18,477 nt of DNA. It comes from an uncultured Gemmatimonadota bacterium (GTDB lineage: Bacteria > SM23-81 > DAOVCL01). The DNA is taken from NCBI GenBank assembly GCA_964626665.1, contig CAZVGK010000045.1:1-18477 (forward strand), written 5' to 3'. Shown piece after piece: positions 1-8,405 of this stretch. A program made the position numbers and the translations under genes. Position 1 is the stretch's first letter, and the number at the start of each line of letters is the position of its first letter. A model generated the notes under the pieces. It searched no databases. It worked only from the letters and a program-made list of their open reading frames with translations, and was not told the origin of the DNA.

Positions 1-35
1 CTTAGCCCATGCAGCGTAATAATACGTCACCGAAC

Positions 36-161
36 TTATGAAATAGAGCACTTAGTCAGGTTTTCAAACGCCCATTCCAAGAAGCTGATCTCCTTGGTGG
101 TCATATCCTTAAGGTCATAAATGATGTCATAGTATTTGGCCAAATTCTGATAAGCAACCAT
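36..161 (-). pseudogene. Truncated N-terminal fragment of a probable class I SAM-dependent methyltransferase (41 aa, MVAYQNLAKYYDIIYDLKDMTTKEISFLEWAFENLTKCSIS*)
   Basis: Manual translation: ATG at 161, RBS GAAAGGAG at 168-175 and a promoter at 186-214. The AxYYDxIY...E.xFLE N-terminus resembles small class I methyltransferases, but the ORF stops before the DxGCG motif. Confidence 0.5.
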
Positions 162-185
162 TATTCACTCCTTTCTTATATCCGA

Positions 186-214
186 ATTATATAGCTAAAC
201 CATTCTGCGGGCAA
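186..214 (-). promoter_or_regulatory. Sigma70-type promoter for the 36-161 ORF
   Basis: TTGCCC-N17-TATAAT on the minus strand (gggcaa 209-214, attata 186-191 on +). Confidence 0.5.
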
Positions 215-375
215 GTAATTTGTTGTTGATTTTCAGCGATGGATTGTGTATCTATAAACCTAGCGAAGCTGTGAATTTCAAATAAAAAAAAATACAAAAG
301 TCAAATTGGCTTTGCTTCCACCCTGTTAATCCTATATCTCGGTTCTCATGGAGCTGCAAATTACCCATAACTGAG

Positions 376-424
376 CGGTCAGATCCCCTGATCTGACCGG
401 GGGCAGAACAGGGGTTCTGCCCCC
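376..424. repeat. Inverted doublet of REP-like GC-rich palindromes
   Basis: Hairpin CGGTCAGAT-cccctg-ATCTGACCG (376-399) abuts GGGGGCAGAAC-aggg-GTTCTGCCCCC (399-424). The second is a diverged reverse-complement copy of the first. Confidence 0.6.
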
Positions 425-534
425 TCGCTTTTCAGGATGGGTTATCCCCCAATCCACAAGGAGACAGCAGATTACATAAAGCCTTGGAAAATTTATGGAT
501 AGATCGGATTAGAGACATTTCTCAGGGATTGGAA

Positions 535-1782
535 ATGATAAAGGATCTGTACAGAGAGTATGATCGCCGGGTTTGGATTCTCTTTACCTCAAGGTTTGTG
601 GCTGCTATGGGTTTCTCCGTGGCAATGCCTTTCTTGAGCCTTTACCTCTATCAGGAGTTGGGGGTAGAGATGAAGATAGTGGGAACCATATTTATGATCT
701 CGGCTGCCTCCCGGGCTCTGGGCACGATTCTCGGAGGAGAGCTTTCCGACACCCAGGGGCGAAGAATGGTTATGGTCTCCTCTATGGGCCTACGAGCAGT
801 GGCCTATTTGGGTATTAGTTACTTAGTTTTGATAAAAGCCCCCTACGGCTTCTTGGGCCTGGCTTTGGTAGTAACTTCCTTTTTGGGATCGGTCTTTATG
901 CCTGCATCAAGCGCTATGGTGGCTGATGTCGTTCCTCCGGAGAAAAGGGTAAAAGCCTATGGGCTAATCAGAGTTGGGGTAAATGCTGGTTGGGCCTTGG
1001 GCCCTATCTTAGGAGGGATCTTTGTCACCTTCTCCTATTCCACCCTTTTTCTCTTTACCGCTCTGTGTAGCTTGGCTACCGCCCTAATGATAGGCTTTTT
1101 CATCCAAGAATCCTTGCAAAGGGAAGAGAAAAAGGCCTTCTCTCCCCAGGACCTCTTCGCCCTGCGGCGGGATAGCAACTTCTTCTCATTTTGTCTGATA
1201 AGCCTTATTTTGTTTGTGGCCACATCTCAAATGACCTCCACCTTAGCGGTCTTTTCCGTGGACAAGGTAGGCATATCGAAGCTACAATTGGGCTACCTCT
1301 TTACCACAAATGGTCTGATGGTCGTCCTCCTCCAATATCCTCTCTCTTCGTGGCTGCGAAGGTTTCGCATCACCTCAGCTATGGTCCTGGGGGGTATCCT
1401 CTACAGCTTGGGCTACTTCTCCGTAAGCTTGGCTGGTAGTTTTCCCTTACTGGTGACATCCATGGTGGTGATTACCTTGGGAGAGATAACCTTCTCACCC
1501 TCAGCGATGACTATGGTGGCTAACCTGTCTCCGAAAACAGCGCGGGGAAGGTATATGGGAGTTTTTAGCCTTTTTGAGGCCATAGGCCGCTCCTTAGGGC
1601 CATTTGTTGGCGGTTTTGCCCTTGACTTTTGGAAGGGCCATCCCCCCATTCTCTGGGGGCTGATCGGCCTCCTTGGCTTGGGGGGCAGCTTTGGCTTTTA
1701 CTGGTTGGGGAGGAGGATCCCCCGCCACCTGAACTCTGGCCTGGGGAGGGAAGCTATCCTCCTCCTGAGCAAGAGGACCTAA
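535..1782 (+). CDS. MFS transporter (MFS_1, drug/H+ antiporter-like)
   Basis: About 12 hydrophobic segments, motif A-like GELSDTQGRR, and repeated DVVPPEKRVKAYG / NLSPKTARGRYMG loop motifs. ATG 535 is preferred over the ORF-track TTG at 484; the start is uncertain. Confidence 0.9.
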   Translation: MIKDLYREYDRRVWILFTSRFVAAMGFSVAMPFLSLYLYQELGVEMKIVGTIFMISAASRALGTILGGELSDTQGRRMVMVSSMGLRAVAYLGISYLVLIKAPYGFLGLALVVTSFLGSVFMPASSAMVADVVPPEKRVKAYGLIRVGVNAGWALGPILGGIFVTFSYSTLFLFTALCSLATALMIGFFIQESLQREEKKAFSPQDLFALRRDSNFFSFCLISLILFVATSQMTSTLAVFSVDKVGISKLQLGYLFTTNGLMVVLLQYPLSSWLRRFRITSAMVLGGILYSLGYFSVSLAGSFPLLVTSMVVITLGEITFSPSAMTMVANLSPKTARGRYMGVFSLFEAIGRSLGPFVGGFALDFWKGHPPILWGLIGLLGLGGSFGFYWLGRRIPRHLNSGLGREAILLLSKRT

Positions 1783-1808
1783 CAGATCTGGACGGGCAGA
1801 AAAAGATA

Positions 1809-2774
1809 ATGGACCCACAAGGAGTAGAGATCAACTTAAACGGTTATTTAAAAGGTGAATTTAACCTTAACTCCTTGAGAATGGGCTACAGATATTCCCC
1901 CTGGGAGGAGAGGGATGGGGAATTCCACCAGGGTATTCTCTGCAATGGGAAGATGGTTAAGGCAATTCTCAAATGCAAAAAGGGGAGACTTTTGCTTCGC
2001 CTGGAGTCAAATTCCATGCTCTCCCCCCGGGAGATAACCGGGGTAGGGGGGAAGGTTGCCGACTGCCTCGGCCTGAGGGATGACCTCTCCCCGCTCTCTT
2101 TATTGGCCAAACGGGATACAAACTTAAAGAGGGCCTTGCTGGCCCTTCCTGGTTACAGGCTGAAGTCTCCTCCCACGCTTTATGAGACGATTATATCGGC
2201 TATGCTCAGTCAGAACTGTAGTGCCTAGGCCTTCTTCTCTATGCGGGAGAGGCTGGTCAAGGCCATAGGCAGAAGGGAGAGGATAAATGACGAAATGGTC
2301 TATGCCTTTCCCCTCCCAAAGGAGATAGAACAAGCGCCTCAAGACGCCCTTTCAGAGGCGGGACTCTATTACCGCGCCAAGTTCATCCAAGGGGTGGCAG
2401 GTCGGCTCACTCCGGGATTCTTGGAGCAATTGGGGTCCAGCTCCCCTGAGCAGGGGATGGCCACCCTCAAGTCCTTTAAGGGAATTGGGGACTATACGGC
2501 GCGGGTAGTGCAGATCTATGGATTGAGGAGGTTTAACTTGAGCTTTGTGGATGGTTATCTGCAGAAGCTCCTGGGGGCGCTCTATCTAGACACATCCACA
2601 CCCACAACAAAGGAAATTTTTGCTTTTGCTCAGGCCAAATGGGGAAAGTGGCAGGCCTATGCACTGGATCTTCTCATTGCCTATTGGCAATCAAGAGACC
2701 TCAAACTAACGAAGCTTCACCTTCCGACCCGGGACGGGCAAGCTGACGAGGCGGGAAGCCTGCCCCGTGGGTAG
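1809..2774 (+). pseudogene. AlkA/Ogg-like HhH-GPD DNA glycosylase interrupted by an in-frame TAG at 2226-2228
   Basis: ORFs 1629-2228 and 2241-2774 share a frame and join as YETIISAMLSQNCSA*AFFSMRERLVKAIG...YAFPLP...GLYYRAKFI...LKSFKGIGDYTARVV...VD...WGKWQAYA. These are the HhH-GPD motifs, including the catalytic Asp. Confidence 0.8.
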
Positions 2775-2791
2775 TTTCACACCCTACGGGG
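2763..2791. repeat. Diverged CCCCGT...ACGGGG palindrome overlapping the glycosylase stop codon
   Basis: tgCCCCGTGGGT-agtttcac-ACCCTACGGGGca, with one bulge. Confidence 0.5.
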
Positions 2792-2845
2792 CAAGTAAGG
2801 AAACCCTAAATCCGAATAGCGAAATCCGAAACAAATCCCAATTGA

Positions 2846-2879
2846 CCCCGTTAGATAGGCAACTCTGTATCTAACGGGG
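2846..2879. repeat. Short palindromic element, copy 1
   Basis: Perfect 12-bp stem CCCCGTTAGATA / TATCTAACGGGG with a 10-nt loop; flanks TTGA and TGAA. Confidence 0.8.
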
Positions 2880-3101
2880 TGAACCAAATTCTCTAAACTA
2901 AGAACCCTTTACCAAAAGCAAGTTTGCTTCAAACTGTTTTGAACATTTGCCCCTGGATTATGTATTAGAAAACCACAAGATTTCGCCAGATATGGAGAAC
3001 AACAAGCTTACAAAAAATTGAATTCAAACTCCTCTTTTACCCAAAGGGCGAAAATCCATATCCTAAAAGATCCTTATGTAATCTGTGGCAATCTGCGTTA
3101 A

Positions 3102-3164
3102 CCCCGTTAAATAATTTAGAAATAGACATCGTTGCATTCTCAAACTCGCTTTTATTTAACGGGG
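3102..3164. repeat. Short palindromic element, copy 2
   Basis: Perfect 13-bp stem CCCCGTTAAATAA / TTATTTAACGGGG with a 37-nt interior; flanks TTAA and TTCA. Confidence 0.8.
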
Positions 3165-3482
3165 TTCATCTGCGGTTTAGAGATGTTGGGCTGCGAATTT
3201 CAAACCAGCAGAGCCTATTTTAAAACTTGACACAAATTTTAAGAAATTCCCTTATGAAAATGGCTAAACTGTGTAGCTCCGTGATTATATCCGTGGTGAT
3301 TATTTAACAGTCAACCATCAGCTTTTGACTCTCGTTTCTCGCTTTCGTATCTGGTCTACTGATTTACGAGCAATGATCTACGATAGCTTTTTTAGTGAAA
3401 TCCGTGTAATCTGTGGCTATTGTTTATCCGTGAGGTTCCGTGGTAAGATTTTGGCTTATGAAGATCCAAATAAGGAGGTGAG

Positions 3483-6005
3483 GTGAAAAAGCTGATTGTT
3501 CTTTTAGGGTTTTTGCTTCTTTTGCCAGCTCAAGCCCGTCCTGAGTTCTTGCCCAGCATTGAGGACACCTTGATCATCAAGGATTGGCTCTACGCCGGCC
3601 CCTTCTCAGTAGGGGCTAAGGAGGGGATAGTGGATGTGATCAGGGATACCACCGGTTTTGTCCCCAGGGAGGGAGAGACAGTTCCCAGTATCCTGGCCCC
3701 CGGAGGAAAGGTTAAATGGAAGAGGATTGAATCCCAGGATGGGAGCTTGAAACTAAAATACGATGACATTGATTGGGATAATCTCCAGGATATCTATGGG
3801 GTCGCCGGTTTGCTCGATGCCGGTTATGCCTATGCCGAGTTCTCCTCACCAGATCGCCGGAGAGCCTTGGCCATGGCGGAGAAGGTATCCTGGTTTAAGC
3901 TTAACAATGAGCATTTCCCTGGTGGTCCTTATGGCCATGACATTGTCCGTATTCCGGTAATCCTCTCTCCGGGAAAGAACAGAGTCTTAGTGAAGGTGGG
4001 TGGTTTCACGGACCATCGGTTCACCTTTAAGTTAATCCCGGCACCATCTCCAGTTGTGATCTTAACCAAGGATGCCACCTTGCCAGATATTATTAAGGGC
4101 CAGGCCTTAAATTCTCCGGTGGGGATCGCTATTCTCAATACCACCTCCAGATGGCTGAAAGGTCTCAAGCTTTCCCTTGGAGGGGAGGGACCCTTTCTCA
4201 AAACCGAGAGGATTGTTCCCGCTATGGCCCCACTTTCGGTGATCAAGGTTCCCATTGATTTGAAGCTAAGGAAACCTATCACCGAGGGGGATACCATCTC
4301 TGTGCCGGTGAGCGTCGCATCTGAAGGTTTTATCTATCGAAGGAGGCTCAAGCTGAGGCTGAGGGAAAAGGGGGGTTCCTATAAAGTGACCTTCATCTCC
4401 AAAATAGACAGCTCCTGCCAATATTATGCCGTCCTTCCTCCCCAGGATTATGATCCAAAGAGGAACTATGCCCTCATCTTTACCCTTCACGGGGCAGGGG
4501 TGCGAGCCTCTGGTCAGGTTGATGCCTATACCCAAAAGGATTGGGCCTTTGTGGTGGCCCCCACTAACCGCAGGAGATTTGGCTTTGACTGGCAGGACTG
4601 GGGAAGATTAGACGCCTTAGAAGTATTGGATAAAGTCAAAAAGAGGTTTCCCATTGACCCCAACCGGATTTATTTAACTGGCCATTCTATGGGAGGGCAT
4701 GGGGTCTGGCATATTGGCCTGGCTCATTCAGACCTCTTCGCTGCTATGGTCTCTAGCGCGGGATGGACGAGCTTTCAACTCTATATCCCCTGGTTTCTGC
4801 AGAAGAGCTACCTCTTTGCCCACCCTCAACTTTTGGCTTACAGGGATATGTCCCTGAGGGAGGACATTCCTCCCCTTTTCTTAGACAACGCCTTAAATCT
4901 TCCCATCTTTATCCTGCAGGGTGAGGCTGATGATAATGTCCCTCCAATTCAGGCCAGGCTATATGCCAAGCTTCTTCATCAATTGGGTTACGAGTTTACC
5001 TATCGGGAAGTTCCAGGCCAAAAGCACTGGTGGGACCTCAAGGATACCCCTGGGACGGACTGTGTGGATTCTGATGAACTGATGGGTTTTCTTCAATTCA
5101 AAAGGAAGAACCCTTTTCCCAAGCATTTAATCTTTAAGACTTCGGACATTGGGCTAAACAATAAGTGCTATTGGCTGGAGATAGAGAGGGTCGAGCAACC
5201 ATTTGCGGATAGCAGGGTCGAGGCTGAGGTAAGAGGCAGAAAGATAGAGATAAAAGCTAAGAATATAGCTGAATTCTCCCTAAATCTCAGCCCTAAGCTC
5301 CTTCCCCTGGGGAAGATAGGTATCTCTGTCAACTTCCAGCCAATAGGTTATAATTTCCGCCGTCCGGTTAAGCTCTTCATATCTCAGAAGAAGGGAAGGT
5401 TCAGCTTGGGGAAACTAAAAGGGAAGGGGTTAAAAAAGACTGCCCAGCTCTTTGGCCCCATAAAGAGGGCCTATTTTTCTCCTTTTCTCTTGGTTTACGG
5501 CACCCTGGGCGATTCAGCCTCTGTTCAACGCAACCTCCATCTGGCCAGATTGCAGGCGTTCTCTTGGTGGAGGAGGGCAAATGGTTTAACCAGAATCATC
5601 TCCGACAGGGAAGTAACCGATGAAATCATAAAAGATTACAACCTCATCCTCTTTGGTAGCCCTGAGGAGAACCTGATAGTAAAAAGGATCAATAAGAAAC
5701 TTCCCCTCTCCATAAAGGGGGAGAGGATCTATATGGGAGATAAGCCCATAGCTGGGGAGGACCTGGCTTTGGAGGAGGTGTACCCCAATCCCCTTAATCC
5801 TCAGAAGTTGGTCTTGGTCTTTGCCGGGGCAAACAAGCAAGCCGATGAGATTAGTGGGTTCTTTAACACCCTATACTCCGGTGCGGGACTGCCCGATTTC
5901 GTTGTCTACGATAAATCCGTAAAGCAGAAAGGCTGGGGTGGAGTGGTAACTGCTGGCTTCTTCAGCACGGATTGGAATTTAAAAGGAGGGAATTTCTTCA
6001 GGTGA
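3483..6005 (+). CDS. Secreted alpha/beta-hydrolase (prolyl oligopeptidase S9 / esterase-like), 840 aa
   Basis: Strong RBS TAAGGAGGTGA, signal peptide MKKLIVLLGFLLLLPAQA, LHGAG oxyanion motif, nucleophile elbow GHSMGG, putative Asp in GEADDNVP and His in GQKHWW. Confidence 0.85.
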   Translation: MKKLIVLLGFLLLLPAQARPEFLPSIEDTLIIKDWLYAGPFSVGAKEGIVDVIRDTTGFVPREGETVPSILAPGGKVKWKRIESQDGSLKLKYDDIDWDNLQDIYGVAGLLDAGYAYAEFSSPDRRRALAMAEKVSWFKLNNEHFPGGPYGHDIVRIPVILSPGKNRVLVKVGGFTDHRFTFKLIPAPSPVVILTKDATLPDIIKGQALNSPVGIAILNTTSRWLKGLKLSLGGEGPFLKTERIVPAMAPLSVIKVPIDLKLRKPITEGDTISVPVSVASEGFIYRRRLKLRLREKGGSYKVTFISKIDSSCQYYAVLPPQDYDPKRNYALIFTLHGAGVRASGQVDAYTQKDWAFVVAPTNRRRFGFDWQDWGRLDALEVLDKVKKRFPIDPNRIYLTGHSMGGHGVWHIGLAHSDLFAAMVSSAGWTSFQLYIPWFLQKSYLFAHPQLLAYRDMSLREDIPPLFLDNALNLPIFILQGEADDNVPPIQARLYAKLLHQLGYEFTYREVPGQKHWWDLKDTPGTDCVDSDELMGFLQFKRKNPFPKHLIFKTSDIGLNNKCYWLEIERVEQPFADSRVEAEVRGRKIEIKAKNIAEFSLNLSPKLLPLGKIGISVNFQPIGYNFRRPVKLFISQKKGRFSLGKLKGKGLKKTAQLFGPIKRAYFSPFLLVYGTLGDSASVQRNLHLARLQAFSWWRRANGLTRIISDREVTDEIIKDYNLILFGSPEENLIVKRINKKLPLSIKGERIYMGDKPIAGEDLALEEVYPNPLNPQKLVLVFAGANKQADEISGFFNTLYSGAGLPDFVVYDKSVKQKGWGGVVTAGFFSTDWNLKGGNFFR

Positions 6006-6044
6006 GACTTTGCCTGAATTATGATTCTATGGGACGCAGATAAA

Positions 6045-6076
6045 CCCCGTGAAATATACTTTCGTATTTAACGGGG
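6045..6076. repeat. Short palindromic element, copy 3
   Basis: CCCCGTGAAATA-tactttcg-TATTTAACGGGG (1 mismatch), flanked by an exact TAAA direct repeat at 6041-6044 and 6077-6080. Confidence 0.8.
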
Positions 6077-6242
6077 TAAACGCAGATCCTCACGATTTTA
6101 GAAATTTTCTTGTACCCTTAGGGTCCCTGCCCTGACAAACCAACAAAGTGCATTCAAGTGAGGACACCTGATGGCTTGCCATGATGATGGTGCGAGGAAG
6201 GCATCTGACCGCTCACGAGACCTCTGAACAGGATATTGGTAA

Positions 6243-6881
6243 CTAGAGGTTTGACCTCAATATGGTGATCCGGCGAATCTGATAAGAACTCTCATTCATC
6301 CCATCGTCGCCGATGAGTTTTGTCCAGAGCGTATCGCCGTTAGCATCTAAGCGGAGCACCCACACGTCCCAACTGTTCCATGCCGGCGATCTTTCCCCTC
6401 CACCGGTAACGATATAGCCACCGTCGGACGTTCGGTCAATACCCCGCGCATATTCTGTCCAGCTCCAGTCAAACCAATTGCTCCACATATACAAGCCGTT
6501 GGGAAAGGTTCCCATCTCGTAGACATTTGCCCCGGCATCATTCAGGGTCTGGTAACCAACGGCAACAACCCCATAGTAAGTGGTAGCCACTGCGACGTAG
6601 GCATAGGTGTCCTCCATTCTAGCCCCATATTGAAATCCCCAGCCGTGGCCATGGGAATCCCCTTTTGCTATAGCGACATTCATATGGTTTTCTGAGTTGA
6701 TCACCTCCCCGGCCAACACAAGTTCGCCATCCAGGGTCGGTCCCAGGGTGTAGGCATTTTCTGGAAGATTGCTGTAACCAATTTTATCTTCCTAGACCAT
6801 ATTACCATTTGCATCAACTCTAAAAAGCCACATATCGACTTGCAGACCGATATCGTGTGGGGTATTACCATGTGGGATCAT
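6243..6881 (-). pseudogene. Internal fragment of a secreted beta-propeller-like repeat protein (T.DGGYI..G / D.W..R.DANG...W repeats) with an in-frame TAG at 6792-6794
   Basis: The frame of ORF 6243-6719 extends upstream as ...VDMWLFRVDANGNMV*EDKIGYSNLPENAYTLGPTLDGELVLAG. The paralogous repeat DVWVLRLDANGDTLWTKLIG has W where the stop lies. No signal peptide or RBS; the C-terminus breaks off mid-repeat. Confidence 0.7.
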
Positions 6882-6906
6882 TAAGCAAATAGCCCCAACA
6901 AAATAG

Positions 6907-6935
6907 TTGACAAACCCTTAATTGGGAATTAGCTT
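6907..6935 (+). promoter_or_regulatory. Sigma70-type promoter upstream of asnS
   Basis: TTGACA (6907-6912), N17, TAGCTT (6930-6935). Confidence 0.55.
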
Positions 6936-7107
6936 ATTTCAAATCCATTTTGCGTCTGGGAATTTCCGAGAGGTTTTGGTGTAGTTTGCACCCCCTTCTT
7001 AGGTGAGGGCTACAGTTTAAGCCGCAGAGCTGTTCGCCTTTTATAGCGGGAAGGGATAAAATCCTCTGTAAGTAGCCGTTGGAAATTTAGTTTAGAATTG
7101 GAGGGTT

Positions 7108-8400
7108 ATGGAGGACTTTTATATTGAGAAGGCTGGGGAATTCGTGGGCAAAGAGGTAACTATCAGGGGGTGGCTACATAACAAAAGGGATAGTGGGAAG
7201 GTTAAGTTTCTCCTGCTGCGAGATGGAACCGGCATTATGCAGGCTGTTATGGTCGAGGATGAGGTCGATGCTGATCTCTTTGATAAGTTCGAATTACTCA
7301 CCCAGGAGTCTTCACTTATGGTCAGTGGGAAACTAAGGGAGGATAAAAGGTCACCTGGCGGTTATGAGCTCTCCATAAATAAGATACAGGTGGTGAAGCC
7401 ATCCCATAACTATCCGATAACCCCTAAGGAGCATGGGGTAGGTTTTCTTATGGATTATCGCCATCTCTGGTTAAGATCTAAGAGACAACATGCCATCTTG
7501 CGGATTAGGGCGGAGGTCATCCAGGCCTGTCAAGATTATCTCAACGGAAATGGTTTTACCCTTATTGATGCGCCCATATTCACCCCCTCCGCCTGTGAGG
7601 GGACAACCACCCTATTTGGCGTCGATTACTTTGGCAAAAAGGCCTATCTCACCCAAAGCGGCCAGTTATACAATGAGGCGGCGGCTATGGCCTTTGGCAA
7701 GGTATACTGTTTTGGCCCTTCCTTTAGGGCGGAGAAGGCCAAAACCAGGAGGCATCTTACTGAGTTCTGGCAGGTAGAACCAGAGATGGCCTATGCGCGG
7801 CTTGATGAGGCCATTGAGGTCAGCGAAGGCCTTCTCCTTTTTATCCTGAGAAGGGTACTGGAGAAGCGGAGGCCAGAGCTGGAAATATTGGGAAGAGATA
7901 TTGGCTTTTTGGAGAGGATCAAACCCCCATTCCCCCGCATGTCCTATGATGAGGCTTTGGAGATCCTCAAACAAGAGGGAGAGGAACTCGCCTGGGGTGA
8001 AGACTTCGGAGCGCCACATGAAACGGTGCTCTCCCAGAGATTTGACACCCCCATCTTTGTGCACCGGTATCCAGCCCAATGTAAGGCCTTTTATATGAAG
8101 AGGGATGAAAACAACCCTGGCTTGGCCCTTTGCGTGGATGGATTGGCTCCCGAGGGATATGGAGAGATAATAGGGGGAGGGGAGAGGGAAGATGATCTAC
8201 AGACCTTGAAAAAGCGAATAGAGGAGTATAACCTCTCTGAGGAGGCATTCGAATGGTATCTTGACCTGAGGAGGTTTGGCTCCGTTCCCCATTCTGGTTT
8301 TGGCCTGGGCATTGAACGCACGGTGGCCTGGATCTGCAAACTCTCCCATGTAAGGGAGGCCATCCCTTTTCCCAGATTGTTGGATAGGATTAAACCTTAA
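7108..8400 (+). CDS. asnS: Asparagine--tRNA ligase
   Basis: OB-fold [47 protein letters not shown]...[13 protein letters not shown], and motif 3 [11 protein letters not shown]...IPFPR. Confidence 0.95.
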   Translation: MEDFYIEKAGEFVGKEVTIRGWLHNKRDSGKVKFLLLRDGTGIMQAVMVEDEVDADLFDKFELLTQESSLMVSGKLREDKRSPGGYELSINKIQVVKPSHNYPITPKEHGVGFLMDYRHLWLRSKRQHAILRIRAEVIQACQDYLNGNGFTLIDAPIFTPSACEGTTTLFGVDYFGKKAYLTQSGQLYNEAAAMAFGKVYCFGPSFRAEKAKTRRHLTEFWQVEPEMAYARLDEAIEVSEGLLLFILRRVLEKRRPELEILGRDIGFLERIKPPFPRMSYDEALEILKQEGEELAWGEDFGAPHETVLSQRFDTPIFVHRYPAQCKAFYMKRDENNPGLALCVDGLAPEGYGEIIGGGEREDDLQTLKKRIEEYNLSEEAFEWYLDLRRFGSVPHSGFGLGIERTVAWICKLSHVREAIPFPRLLDRIKP

Positions 8401-8405
8401 AAAAG

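Noticed and set aside
1629..1808. N-terminal extension of ORF 1629-2228
   Set aside because: It overlaps the MFS gene in another frame and is Pro/Gly-rich shadow sequence; ATG 1809 after the MFS stop is more plausible.
2226..2228. Genome-wide TAG reassignment (alternative genetic code)
   Set aside because: TAG terminates the genes ending at 16520 and 17359 exactly at the conserved end of their C-terminal tails.
2775..3482. CRISPR array or integron attC array in the repeat-rich intergenic region
   Set aside because: There are no regularly spaced identical repeats with unique spacers, no consistent RYYYAAC/GTTRRRY cores, and no cas or intI gene.
6940..7107. T-box riboswitch upstream of asnS
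   Set aside because: No GGTGGNACCGCG T-box motif and no terminator with a U-tract before the RBS.
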